A stretch of DNA of 64,000 bases from a virus. Taxonomy: Duplodnaviria > Caudoviricetes. Below are positions 16,831 through 24,974 of this stretch, piece after piece. The stretch's first letter is position 1. Every line of letters begins with the position of its first letter. The stretch covers positions 2,428 to 66,427 of the IMG/VR virus record IMGVR_UViG_3300025715_000026. One strand, 5' to 3'. The notes under the pieces were generated by a model. That model worked only from the letters and a program-made list of their open reading frames with translations, was not told where the DNA came from and did not search any database. A program made the position numbers and the translations under genes.

Positions 16831-18011
16831 AGATCGCGATCCATTTTTAAGCCGCAAGAGTCGCAGGCGTACTCCCTATCGGACAGCGCCAGGCGATTCT
16901 TCACGCGCCCACACGCCGAGCATCTCTTGCTTGATGGGTAAGTCCGCGAAGCTACTGCCAGCCGAGATCCGTATTTCCGGGTTTTGTATTCAAGCATATG
17001 CCGGAATTCAGCAAATCGCGCATCGGCCACATGCCGTCCGAGAGAACGGTTCTTCAGCATCCCCTCTACGCACAAGTCCTCAATCGCCACCAGGCCGTGG
17101 TTTTTGGCCAGGTGGGTAGTGAGCTTATGCAGAAAGTCTGCCCTGGCATTGTAAGCCCTCCGATGCGCGTTCCCGATTCGGGCGATGAGCTTGGCGCGGT
17201 TTCGCCCTCCCTTCTTGCTTCGCTCCAGCTTCTTGTTGAGAATGCGAGTCCTGCCCTCTAGCCTGGCCAGGGGGCGCGGGGCCACAAAACTCTGGCCCGT
17301 AGACAGGACGGCAAAAGTCTTAACGCCCAAATCAACCCCCACCGATGGCTTGCCGTTCGGGGCAGGGGAACACGCTGGAAATTCGCAAGATACCGCCAGG
17401 AACCACCTGCCGTATCGCTCTATGATGGTGGCCCACACAATCTTCCGCCCCGCCGGGATGTATCCGCGTTCTTTGAGACGGACCCAGCCTATTCTGGCAA
17501 GCCTGGCGCTTGTAACATCCACCTCCACCCCGCAAAGCCGGAAGGATCCGCGCCCCTCGCGCTTACGTTTGAATTTTGGGAATCCTGGCTTTTCGCCAGA
17601 CTTGACTCGCCGAAAAAAACGGACAAACGCCCGCGCTAGATCGGCCAGGGATTCCTGTGGCACCCACTTGCTAACATCGTGAAGCCAACAAAGCTGGTCA
17701 TTCTTTAACGCCAGAAGTTCACGATGCTGAGCTATGGGGTTTGTGCCCTTGCCTGTCTTCTCGTATTCCTCAATTCGACGAGATAACCCCCAATTCCAGG
17801 CGAAGCGAGCAGCGCCCGCCGCTTTAGCCAGCGCCGTGCGCTGCCTGTTGTTGGGGTCTAGTTCGACCCGGAAGTGGCGGTATTCCACCTCAGCCATGAA
17901 TCCAGGCTTCTCCGTCTGCTCCTGCGCGAACGCCGTGTGTGCCGGGAAGAGTAATGATGGTCTTTCCGTCCACAGTGACGACCTTCTCTGGTTTTTGCGA
18001 GTAAGGATGAA
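16686..18011 (-). mobile_element. Solo TnpB element (IS200/IS605-IS607 superfamily) carrying a recoded host-gene 3' end; no TnpA
   Basis: Lower-GC block bounded by TGGG at 18015-18012 and the displaced gene tail at 16685. Confidence 0.7.
16710..17897 (-). CDS. tnpB: TnpB RNA-guided endonuclease (395 aa)
   Basis: HTH-like N-terminus (ELDPN...ARFAWNWGL), GFPKFK, RuvC-I VGVDLG, RuvC-II IEDL, C4 zinc ribbon CSACG/CDSCG, RuvC-III DRDLNAAINI; start re-assigned to ATG 17897. Confidence 0.95.
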   Translation of the reverse strand: MAEVEYRHFRVELDPNNRQRTALAKAAGAARFAWNWGLSRRIEEYEKTGKGTNPIAQHRELLALKNDQLCWLHDVSKWVPQESLADLARAFVRFFRRVKSGEKPGFPKFKRKREGRGSFRLCGVEVDVTSARLARIGWVRLKERGYIPAGRKIVWATIIERYGRWFLAVSCEFPACSPAPNGKPSVGVDLGVKTFAVLSTGQSFVAPRPLARLEGRTRILNKKLERSKKGGRNRAKLIARIGNAHRRAYNARADFLHKLTTHLAKNHGLVAIEDLCVEGMLKNRSLGRHVADARFAEFRHMLEYKTRKYGSRLAVASRTYPSSKRCSACGRVKNRLALSDREYACDSCGLKMDRDLNAAINILVAASSAETQNACRAISSLAMKQEPGSIALAGA

Positions 18012-19248
18012 CCCAAATCCTCCCGGCTTTCTGACTCCCCTTCGGCGGCTCGTAGCTCTCTGCCGGCGCTTTCCCCATGCCGACCAGCACGACCCGGCCG
18101 GTGACCTTGTTGTCGCCGGGGCCAAGCCGCAAGATGGTGCGCTTGACGCTCTTGGGGTCGCAGCCGTGGATCTGGCGGTAGAGCTTCAGCCCCTTCTGGA
18201 AATCCGCCGTCCGGGCAATGCTGCCCATGTCGGTGCCTGGGTTGGCCTTTGCGCGGGCGCTGGCGATCTTCGCCCACCGGCGCTCCAGGTCACGGACGTG
18301 AGCCTGGCGCTTGCGCTCCAGGGCCGCCCTCTCCTTGCGAGCCTGGGCCAGCTGGGACTTGTACGTGGTGGGGTTAGGCATGATGCCGCTCCAGCCTGCC
18401 CGCTCGATGTCCTCTGCGGCCTTCGTGTATGTCGCCTTCCGCTGCCTGCGCGACACGGACGCTGCCAGGCTGGCAGCGTGCGCCCTGGCGAACAACCGGT
18501 GGTCCCGCCCCTGCCCCAGCAGCCCCTGCTTGTCCGCAAGTTTCGCCCTGGCCCTTTCGGCCAGCTCCATGCGCTTGTGCCACTTGGCGCTGGGGTTGGG
18601 CTCATACCCCAGGAACTTTCCGCAGCTCTTCACGTAAAGAAACTGCTTCCCGCGAGCGCGTTTCTTCATCCGCCGGATTTTGGATTCCAGTTCTCCTGGC
18701 ACCCGGTATTCGCCCGTTTTCCCATTGGGGAAACGAACCTGGACATAAATGCTGGGGTCTCCAGGCTCGCGATACAGCCTCGTAACCGCCGGGGGAGCCG
18801 CCCGCTTCTTGGGGACATTCGGCACAACCATGAGCAGGGGGTTACGGCCGGAGCGAATCACGAACCTGTCCCGAGCCGGATTTGTCGCCAGCATTCTCAC
18901 CTTTGATCCTCCTACGTCCCATGCGTCCACGTCGCCGGGCCACCCCTCGTACTCTATGACGCTGGCAGCCTTGCGCAGAATCCCTGGATCTGCCTTGAAC
19001 GCGCCGGTCAGGGTGAGCCGCTCAAATCCTCGCGGCACGGTGCGGGTTATGGCAACGGCTCCGCTGCTCCTAATTGCGAGGGCGACCAGCTTGTGCTTGT
19101 CGAGATCTCGGGACACCTGCCTCGGCGTGAGCCGGAACCTGGCGGGATATTTGCGGACGTATCCGGCGTGCTCAATGTCCCCGGCGTCAACCAGCGTCCC
19201 GGAGGGAAAGAGCCAGTAATGACGAAGCGGGTCCTGCATGGCCATCAC
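17890..19248 (-). CDS. Basic NP-motif virion core protein (452 aa) with recoded C-terminus
   Basis: RBS TAGGAGG; K/R-rich; five NP motifs; codons become AT-rich at third positions from about 18040. Confidence 0.75.
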   Translation of the reverse strand: MMAMQDPLRHYWLFPSGTLVDAGDIEHAGYVRKYPARFRLTPRQVSRDLDKHKLVALAIRSSGAVAITRTVPRGFERLTLTGAFKADPGILRKAASVIEYEGWPGDVDAWDVGGSKVRMLATNPARDRFVIRSGRNPLLMVVPNVPKKRAAPPAVTRLYREPGDPSIYVQVRFPNGKTGEYRVPGELESKIRRMKKRARGKQFLYVKSCGKFLGYEPNPSAKWHKRMELAERARAKLADKQGLLGQGRDHRLFARAHAASLAASVSRRQRKATYTKAAEDIERAGWSGIMPNPTTYKSQLAQARKERAALERKRQAHVRDLERRWAKIASARAKANPGTDMGSIARTADFQKGLKLYRQIHGCDPKSVKRTILRLGPGDNKVTGRVVLVGMGKAPAESYEPPKGSQKAGRIWVHPYSQKPEKVVTVDGKTIITLPGTHGVRAGADGEAWIHG

Positions 19249-19255
19249 GCGCCTC

Positions 19256-19426
19256 CTATTGCTTGCCTTCGCCCTGGGTATTGATGAGCACGAAGTTCCG
19301 CAGCTCCTCGCCGGCCATCGTCCTCATCCGCTTCTTGCCCTCGGGCGGCTGAGCCTCGTAACACCGGGCCACGCGCTTGACCCACTCGCGCCGGGCGAGG
19401 AGTAGCTTGGCGATCTGCTCGGACAT
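19256..19426 (-). CDS. Small protein (56 aa, MSEQIAKLLL...), not in the ORF track
   Basis: AGGAG RBS; fills the operon gap; resembles the C-termini of the two upstream genes. Confidence 0.7.
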   Translation of the reverse strand: MSEQIAKLLLARREWVKRVARCYEAQPPEGKKRMRTMAGEELRNFVLINTQGEGKQ

Positions 19427-19435
19427 ACCGCGCTC

Positions 19436-20893
19436 CTACTTGCTGTGCTTGCGGACGAACAGCACGAGCTGCTCGGGGCTCATCCGGCCCATGAGCTTCT
19501 TGATGTGGTCCGGCTGCGCCCGGTAGAACTTGAGGACGGCCTTGGCGATCAGGTCGCGCCGGGCGGGGTTCCGGGTTATCTTGCCGGCCGCCACGGCCGC
19601 CGCCTCGGCGCTCAGCGCCCCCTGCCAGTACTCGGCCGCGTCCTTATGCTTGGCCTTCAGGTCACCGGCCAGGAGGCGGGAGTAGCGGGCCTGCTCTCGC
19701 TTGTGGTAGGCCGCTCCGGGGTTCTTACAGATGCCGGTCTTCGGATCGACGGCGATCCCCGCCGCCTTGGCCGCCGCGATGGCCGCCGCTCTTGACGGGA
19801 AGCTGCGCACGCCTCGGATGTCGATGATCTGCTCGCCCCAGGTCATCACCCACCGCTGGTTGACCGGCAGGTACTGGATGCGGAACGGGGGGCTCTTGTG
19901 AACGCCGGGGTTCTTTCTCAGCCGCTCCATCTTGCTGCGCTGGCATATGACATACCAGAGGCCGGCGTCGGGGATGCTGATGACCTTGACCAGCCCCTTG
20001 TGCCCCCTCCGGGCCTGGATGTTGCGTTGGCGGGCCGCCTCCCGGCGATCCTTGAAGGGACCGGCGAGCACCTTGATGCCTCCGGCCATGCCGGGGTTCC
20101 TCCCGGGATTCTTGTCCAGCCCCCGGAACGCCACCTCGTCGAGCACCGGGATGAGCTTGGCGTACAGGGCAGGGCGGGTGATCTTGAGCGTCGGCCGGTC
20201 ATAACCATACTGGCCGCCGCCGCCCTGCCGCAGCTCCTTGTCCAGCCGGACCCACAGCCGGTAAAGCTGCTTGTCGGTCAGCTTGGTCAGGTCGGGGTTG
20301 CGGCGAATAAACACCGCATAGTGTGGGTGTCCCTTGGGCCGCGAGGGCACCTTGCGTGCCTCCGCCTTGCGGTGCTGGCGCTCCGCGACCTTCTGCGCCA
20401 GATAGACCGCGTGCTTCTTCGTGAAGAACCATCCAGGGCCGGACCGAACCACATCTGCCCCCATCTGGCTCCACCGACGGCGCTTTCCGGGATTCCGGTC
20501 GACCTTCTGCCCCGCCGCGTACTCGTCCAGGCGGCGGGTGATGATCCGTCCGCGATGGACGCCGATCAGGTCGCGCATGTTCATCAGGGCATTGAAGAGG
20601 GGCTTGCGGATCAGCGCCTTGCCCTCCAGCCCCTGGGCGTTGAAGCCCTCCTTGCCGGTCAGCGGGGCCGTGGTGTACGGGGAGCGGCCGACCAGGGCCA
20701 TCGTGTTGAGGCCGCCCTGGGCCAGCTCGCCCAGGGGCACCTCCAGGATGGCCTCGCGGTAGAACCAGGCGTCCTTGGGCCACGGCCCCTTGGGGCGGGC
20801 TCCGATCTTGAACCACGGCTCCTCAAGCAGCTGCGCCAGCAGGGGCCGGATGTTGGCGTGGGTGACGATCTCGGGAACCTGGAAACGCGCCAT
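19436..20893 (-). CDS. Basic NP-motif virion core protein (485 aa)
   Basis: K/R-rich; seven NP motifs. Confidence 0.75.
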   Translation of the reverse strand: MARFQVPEIVTHANIRPLLAQLLEEPWFKIGARPKGPWPKDAWFYREAILEVPLGELAQGGLNTMALVGRSPYTTAPLTGKEGFNAQGLEGKALIRKPLFNALMNMRDLIGVHRGRIITRRLDEYAAGQKVDRNPGKRRRWSQMGADVVRSGPGWFFTKKHAVYLAQKVAERQHRKAEARKVPSRPKGHPHYAVFIRRNPDLTKLTDKQLYRLWVRLDKELRQGGGGQYGYDRPTLKITRPALYAKLIPVLDEVAFRGLDKNPGRNPGMAGGIKVLAGPFKDRREAARQRNIQARRGHKGLVKVISIPDAGLWYVICQRSKMERLRKNPGVHKSPPFRIQYLPVNQRWVMTWGEQIIDIRGVRSFPSRAAAIAAAKAAGIAVDPKTGICKNPGAAYHKREQARYSRLLAGDLKAKHKDAAEYWQGALSAEAAAVAAGKITRNPARRDLIAKAVLKFYRAQPDHIKKLMGRMSPEQLVLFVRKHSK

Positions 20894-20905
20894 GATGTCC
20901 TCCTG

Positions 20906-22795
20906 TTAACGCCGCTTGGCGTTCTTGTAGGCGTACCCGGCCAGCTCCATGACCGGCTCCTTGGCCAGCCGCTCGGCGTTGGCCGGGGCCTGGGCCGCCA
21001 GGAACTTGAGCACGGCCCCGGCGATCACCGGGTCGATCTTCCGCCCGTCGACCACGCCGGCCTGGCCGGACGTGGCGATGGTACGCAGCTCGCAGATGCG
21101 CGGGGTGAGCAGATATCCGGGGTTCCCCGCCGGAGGCTTCAGGAACATCTTGTGTCGGGTGCTAATCGTCACCCACCGGGCCGACGCCGGAGCGCCTGCG
21201 CGGCCGGGGTGGACCGAGGCGACGTACCCCTCGCGGTTCTTCTTGGCAACATACTTCTCGGCCTCCGCCTTCGACTTCCATCCGAGGACGACCGAGTCGC
21301 GGCCCTTGCCGCCGGGGACCAGCGTGCGGCCGGGGTTCCACCGCACCCCGCCCTTACGACGCTCGGCGTCCATGTCCGGCAGGGTCCGGACGATCCACCT
21401 CATCTCGGACTTCAGGGCCTTCAGGACCGCCGTGCGGATCGCCGGCTTGTCGGGTATCCCTGCGATCCGAATCTGGTCGGCCACGTGCCGGCCGTGCTTG
21501 GCGTCGAGGAACAGGCGCACGGTGTAGGGCTTCCACCCACCCTTGAGCAGCTCCTTGAACGCCACCTCCCAGGCGTATTCGGCCACGGCCTGGCCGTACA
21601 TCTGAGCCGTGGTGCCGAAGAATCCCCACGCCTCATTGGCGGTCTTGAGGACCAACGGGTCGCCCTTGCGGGCCTTGGCGGGGTTGCGCCCCAGGCGCAT
21701 TCCGTGCTCCTTCTCCCACCTCTTCCGCCGCGCATCGCTGGCCATTGCGCGGGTGATGTGGTCCTTGGCCCAGGCAATCGCGGCGGCCTTGGAGTCGGCC
21801 CCGGACCCACCAGATGAAGCCGCACCGTGGATCGTATTCGTGCGCCGGACGGCCCAGTGCCACGAGGGGTATCGGCCGCCGGAGCTCTCGACCGCGTAAA
21901 CGTATCCCCGGCCGAACGGCACCCACTTGATGCGCGGGTTGGGCACGACCATGAGCAGGGGGTTGGCCGCCACCTTCATCTCGGTCTTCCTTTCCGCCGC
22001 CGTGGCCTTGCGGACCAGCACGGCCTGAACCTCGGTGCCACCCTTGCACTTGCCGCCGACCGTTGGCACGGCCTTCGGGCAGGCGATGATCATCTTGTGC
22101 GCCCCGCTGCCGGGGCTGATGACCCGGAAGCTGCCCTTCTGAAACTCCTTCGGGCTGGCGATGCGGACGCGGGCGAACCGGGCCTTCTTCCCGCCGAACT
22201 CCGCGCCAGCGCCCGCGAGCTGGTGCGTGCCGGCCTTCATGGCGCGGGCAACGGCCGTCCGGCGGGCCGCCTTGACCTTCGCCGACAACGGCCGCCCCAC
22301 AAGCGCCCGCATGGCGGGATTGGCGCGGATGCCCAGGAGCTTCTCCGTGCGCTTGATCTTGCCGATCTGCTTCTTGATGCCCCCCAGCGCCCGGCTCCAC
22401 AGCATATCCCGGCCGGCGGCCGTCTTGGCCCGCAGGGTCTTGCCCATCGTGTCGGCCAGCTTGAGCCTGGAACGCTCAAGCTCTTTCACGCGGGCCAGGT
22501 ATGCCCGCAGCTGCTTCCTCGATGCGCGAACCAGCACGCCCTTGCGCGTCACCATCTTGGGGTTCAGTCCCAGCATTGCCATCCCCGCTTTCGTTGCCAG
22601 GGCCTTGGTGGCTACTCCGGCCCCCGCGCTGGCGGCCCCCTTGAGCAGCGCCAGGCCGGTGCCCACCACCAGGGCCTTTTTCGTCGAGTCGTCCTTCTTC
22701 CGCTTCCCGCCGGGGTTCAGGCCGAGCAGGCCCATCCCCGCCTGGGTCGCGACCGCCTTGGCGGCAAAGGCCGCCACGTCACGCAGTGAGGCCAT
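20906..22795 (-). CDS. Basic NP-motif virion core protein (629 aa)
   Basis: K/R/A-rich; eight NP motifs; GMG near N-terminus. Confidence 0.75.
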   Translation of the reverse strand: MASLRDVAAFAAKAVATQAGMGLLGLNPGGKRKKDDSTKKALVVGTGLALLKGAASAGAGVATKALATKAGMAMLGLNPKMVTRKGVLVRASRKQLRAYLARVKELERSRLKLADTMGKTLRAKTAAGRDMLWSRALGGIKKQIGKIKRTEKLLGIRANPAMRALVGRPLSAKVKAARRTAVARAMKAGTHQLAGAGAEFGGKKARFARVRIASPKEFQKGSFRVISPGSGAHKMIIACPKAVPTVGGKCKGGTEVQAVLVRKATAAERKTEMKVAANPLLMVVPNPRIKWVPFGRGYVYAVESSGGRYPSWHWAVRRTNTIHGAASSGGSGADSKAAAIAWAKDHITRAMASDARRKRWEKEHGMRLGRNPAKARKGDPLVLKTANEAWGFFGTTAQMYGQAVAEYAWEVAFKELLKGGWKPYTVRLFLDAKHGRHVADQIRIAGIPDKPAIRTAVLKALKSEMRWIVRTLPDMDAERRKGGVRWNPGRTLVPGGKGRDSVVLGWKSKAEAEKYVAKKNREGYVASVHPGRAGAPASARWVTISTRHKMFLKPPAGNPGYLLTPRICELRTIATSGQAGVVDGRKIDPVIAGAVLKFLAAQAPANAERLAKEPVMELAGYAYKNAKRR

Positions 22796-22798
22796 GCC

Positions 22799-23929
22799 CT
22801 ACTCCCGGCGCTTGGGGATGGCCGACATGATCTGCGGCAGGGCCATCAGGCCGATGAGCGCGACGCCGCCGATGGCCAGCCACTTGAAGTCGATCCCCAG
22901 GATGCCGCCGCCGGCCGACTTGGCCGTCTCTGCGGCCTGCTTCGCGGCCACCTGGGACTTGTCCCCGGCGGCCTTGACCGCAGCCTCGGCCTCGTCGGCG
23001 CTCTGCAGCTTCAGGGCCGCCCCCTGGTCGGCGGTCATCTTCCCGGCGGTCACCGCAGCGTCGACGGCCGCGTCAGCGGCGGCCTTCTTCTGCTGGGCGG
23101 CCAGCACCTCGGCCTGCCGCTGAGCCTCGGCCATCTCGGCGAGCTTGTCGGCCACGGCGGTCTTGCGGGCCGAGACATAGGCCCAGCAGATCGAGGCGAT
23201 GCCGATGGCCACGCCGGCCACCACCACGGCCACGGCGGCGATGGCTCCCAGGCCGGTGCGCCCGGTCTCGTCGGTCGCGCCGGGCACCCACTTGGTGAGG
23301 TTGGCGATGGAGCTGTCGATGCCTTTCGCCTCGGCCTGCACCAGGGCGAAGCGGTCGGCCGTCAGCGTGCCCTGGGCGATGGCCAGGGCGTCGTTCGTGG
23401 CCTGGACGTCGTTGCGGATGTTGCCCAGGATCTCGTTGAGCTTCTCCAGCGCCTTGGCCCCGGAGACGTACTCCATCGTGGTTCCGATGGCGTCCCACAG
23501 GGCGACGTTGGCGGCGGCAGTCTTGGCGTCCTCCAGAACCTGCTTCTTGACCTGCTCGCGGACCGACTGCCGGAGCCCCCACAACCCGGTGTCCTGCATC
23601 ATCTTGTAGTAGGAAACCTTAGCGAACGCGTCCTGCTTGATGGCGTCGGTGATCGCCGGGGTGGCCAGGATGCCATTGTCGGCCCCGGTGGTCATCCACG
23701 AGTACTCGGCGTCGGTGATCGCCCCGCTGGAGCGCAGGCCCTTGGCGACGTCGACGATCTGGTTGCGGATGGCCGTCCGGAGGGCGTCGTCGCCGACGTC
23801 GCCGAACGCCTCAACCTGCCAGGTGTAGCCGCTGAGCTTGCCGATGTTCAGCGACACCTGGGCGTCGTAGTTGTAGGCTTCCAGGCCCATGCACCTGCGG
23901 CCGTAAACCCGGCCTCGGTAAAAGAACAC
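22799..23929 (-). CDS. Membrane virion protein (376 aa) with internal and C-terminal TM helices
   Basis: TGLG followed by a hydrophobic helix; Ala-rich coiled coil; C-terminal TM plus KRRE. Confidence 0.7.
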   Translation of the reverse strand: MFFYRGRVYGRRCMGLEAYNYDAQVSLNIGKLSGYTWQVEAFGDVGDDALRTAIRNQIVDVAKGLRSSGAITDAEYSWMTTGADNGILATPAITDAIKQDAFAKVSYYKMMQDTGLWGLRQSVREQVKKQVLEDAKTAAANVALWDAIGTTMEYVSGAKALEKLNEILGNIRNDVQATNDALAIAQGTLTADRFALVQAEAKGIDSSIANLTKWVPGATDETGRTGLGAIAAVAVVVAGVAIGIASICWAYVSARKTAVADKLAEMAEAQRQAEVLAAQQKKAAADAAVDAAVTAGKMTADQGAALKLQSADEAEAAVKAAGDKSQVAAKQAAETAKSAGGGILGIDFKWLAIGGVALIGLMALPQIMSAIPKRRE

Positions 23930-23932
23930 GGC

Positions 23933-24973
23933 TCACCGCCCCTTCTGCATGGAGCGGATGACGAACAGCCCGGCGACCACCGCCGCGCCGACGCCCAGGA
24001 CGATCATGCCATAGGGGGTCTTGGCGGTCTGCACCACGGCCGCCGGCAGGGCCTTGATCGTCTCCTTGGCCACCGACACCTGCTGCTTGGCCTTGGCCTT
24101 CTTGGCCTCCTCGGCCAGGCGCTTGAGGGCGGTATCCAGCACCGTCTTGTAGGTGCCGGCGGCGGCGGCGAAGGGCACGCCGTTGGTGGTCACGGTCGAG
24201 GGGTCGGCCTTCATGGCGCTGTAGTACTTCTCGACGTCGGCCCGCAGCGCCGTGTACGGGGCAATCGTCGCCTGGAAGACGCCGGGGTTCTGCTGCATGA
24301 GGCTGGTCTCGCGGTTCTTCAGCCCGGCCATCGTTGCCTCGATGGGAGCCATCGCGATGGAGGCCAGGGCGGTGAGAGGCGAGGACGCGCCCACGGCAGT
24401 GATCGTCGCGGGGTCCGTGGTCGGCACGCTGACCTCCAGGCCCAGGCCGGCCAGGTTGGCGTTGGCCAGCCGGCGCGTCCGGGTGGCGAACATCCCATCA
24501 CCAAAGAACCCCTGGCGCGTGGGCCGCACGTGCATCTTGCTCTCGGGGATGACCGACGGGTCCAGCGGCTCGTCGCTGCGCTGGACGTAACGCCGGCCGC
24601 CGCCGGGCTTGAAGGGCAGCCCCAGCTTCTCGGCCTGGATCAGCTGCTTCGGCCGGACCTGCGCGTCGATCCGCACCGGCAGGTTGGTGGACCCCTCCTT
24701 GACCGGCTCGGTGTTCGCCGGCATCCCGGCGTTGGGGTCCATCGGGTACTCGTCCTCCCGCAGGAAGGACACCGGCGTGCCGCCCTCGGGGATGGTCGGC
24801 CGGGGCCACTCGCCACGCGGGGTGGAGACGAAGTCCGACTCGGGGCCGCGTCCCGCGTCCAGCGGGTTGAAGGTTCCGCCCTCCCCGTAGAAGTCGGGCT
24901 TGATGCGGATCTGCGGCTTGGTCCGAACGGCGTGGACCGGCATCAGGTCGAAACGATTGTCGTCGCCAGGCAT
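23933..24973 (-). CDS. Tail-anchored membrane virion protein (346 aa, MPGDDNRF...)
   Basis: Start re-assigned to ATG 24973 next to the protease stop; Pro-rich N-half, FFG/AGLG motifs, C-terminal TM. Confidence 0.7.
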   Translation of the reverse strand: MPGDDNRFDLMPVHAVRTKPQIRIKPDFYGEGGTFNPLDAGRGPESDFVSTPRGEWPRPTIPEGGTPVSFLREDEYPMDPNAGMPANTEPVKEGSTNLPVRIDAQVRPKQLIQAEKLGLPFKPGGGRRYVQRSDEPLDPSVIPESKMHVRPTRQGFFGDGMFATRTRRLANANLAGLGLEVSVPTTDPATITAVGASSPLTALASIAMAPIEATMAGLKNRETSLMQQNPGVFQATIAPYTALRADVEKYYSAMKADPSTVTTNGVPFAAAAGTYKTVLDTALKRLAEEAKKAKAKQQVSVAKETIKALPAAVVQTAKTPYGMIVLGVGAAVVAGLFVIRSMQKGR

Positions 24974-24974
24974 C

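Noticed and set aside
16686-18011. Group I intron (IStron) explanation for the TnpB insertion
   Set aside because: No room for an intron core upstream of tnpB, and the host gene is already complete through the recoded tail; the downstream exon copy carries a frameshifting deletion
17898-18125. N-terminal 76-aa extension of TnpB in the ORF track
   Set aside because: Lies in another frame of the 452-aa gene; TnpB homology begins at MAEVEYRHF (17897)
18600-18790. KTSC-like domain within the 452-aa protein
   Set aside because: Only a loose V.F.NG...Y.VP resemblance; not supportable without a profile search
20105-20250. Further GGCTGGACAA matches to the late-promoter core
   Set aside because: Inside a CDS as Leu-Asp-Lys codons, no -10 box at the right spacing noticed
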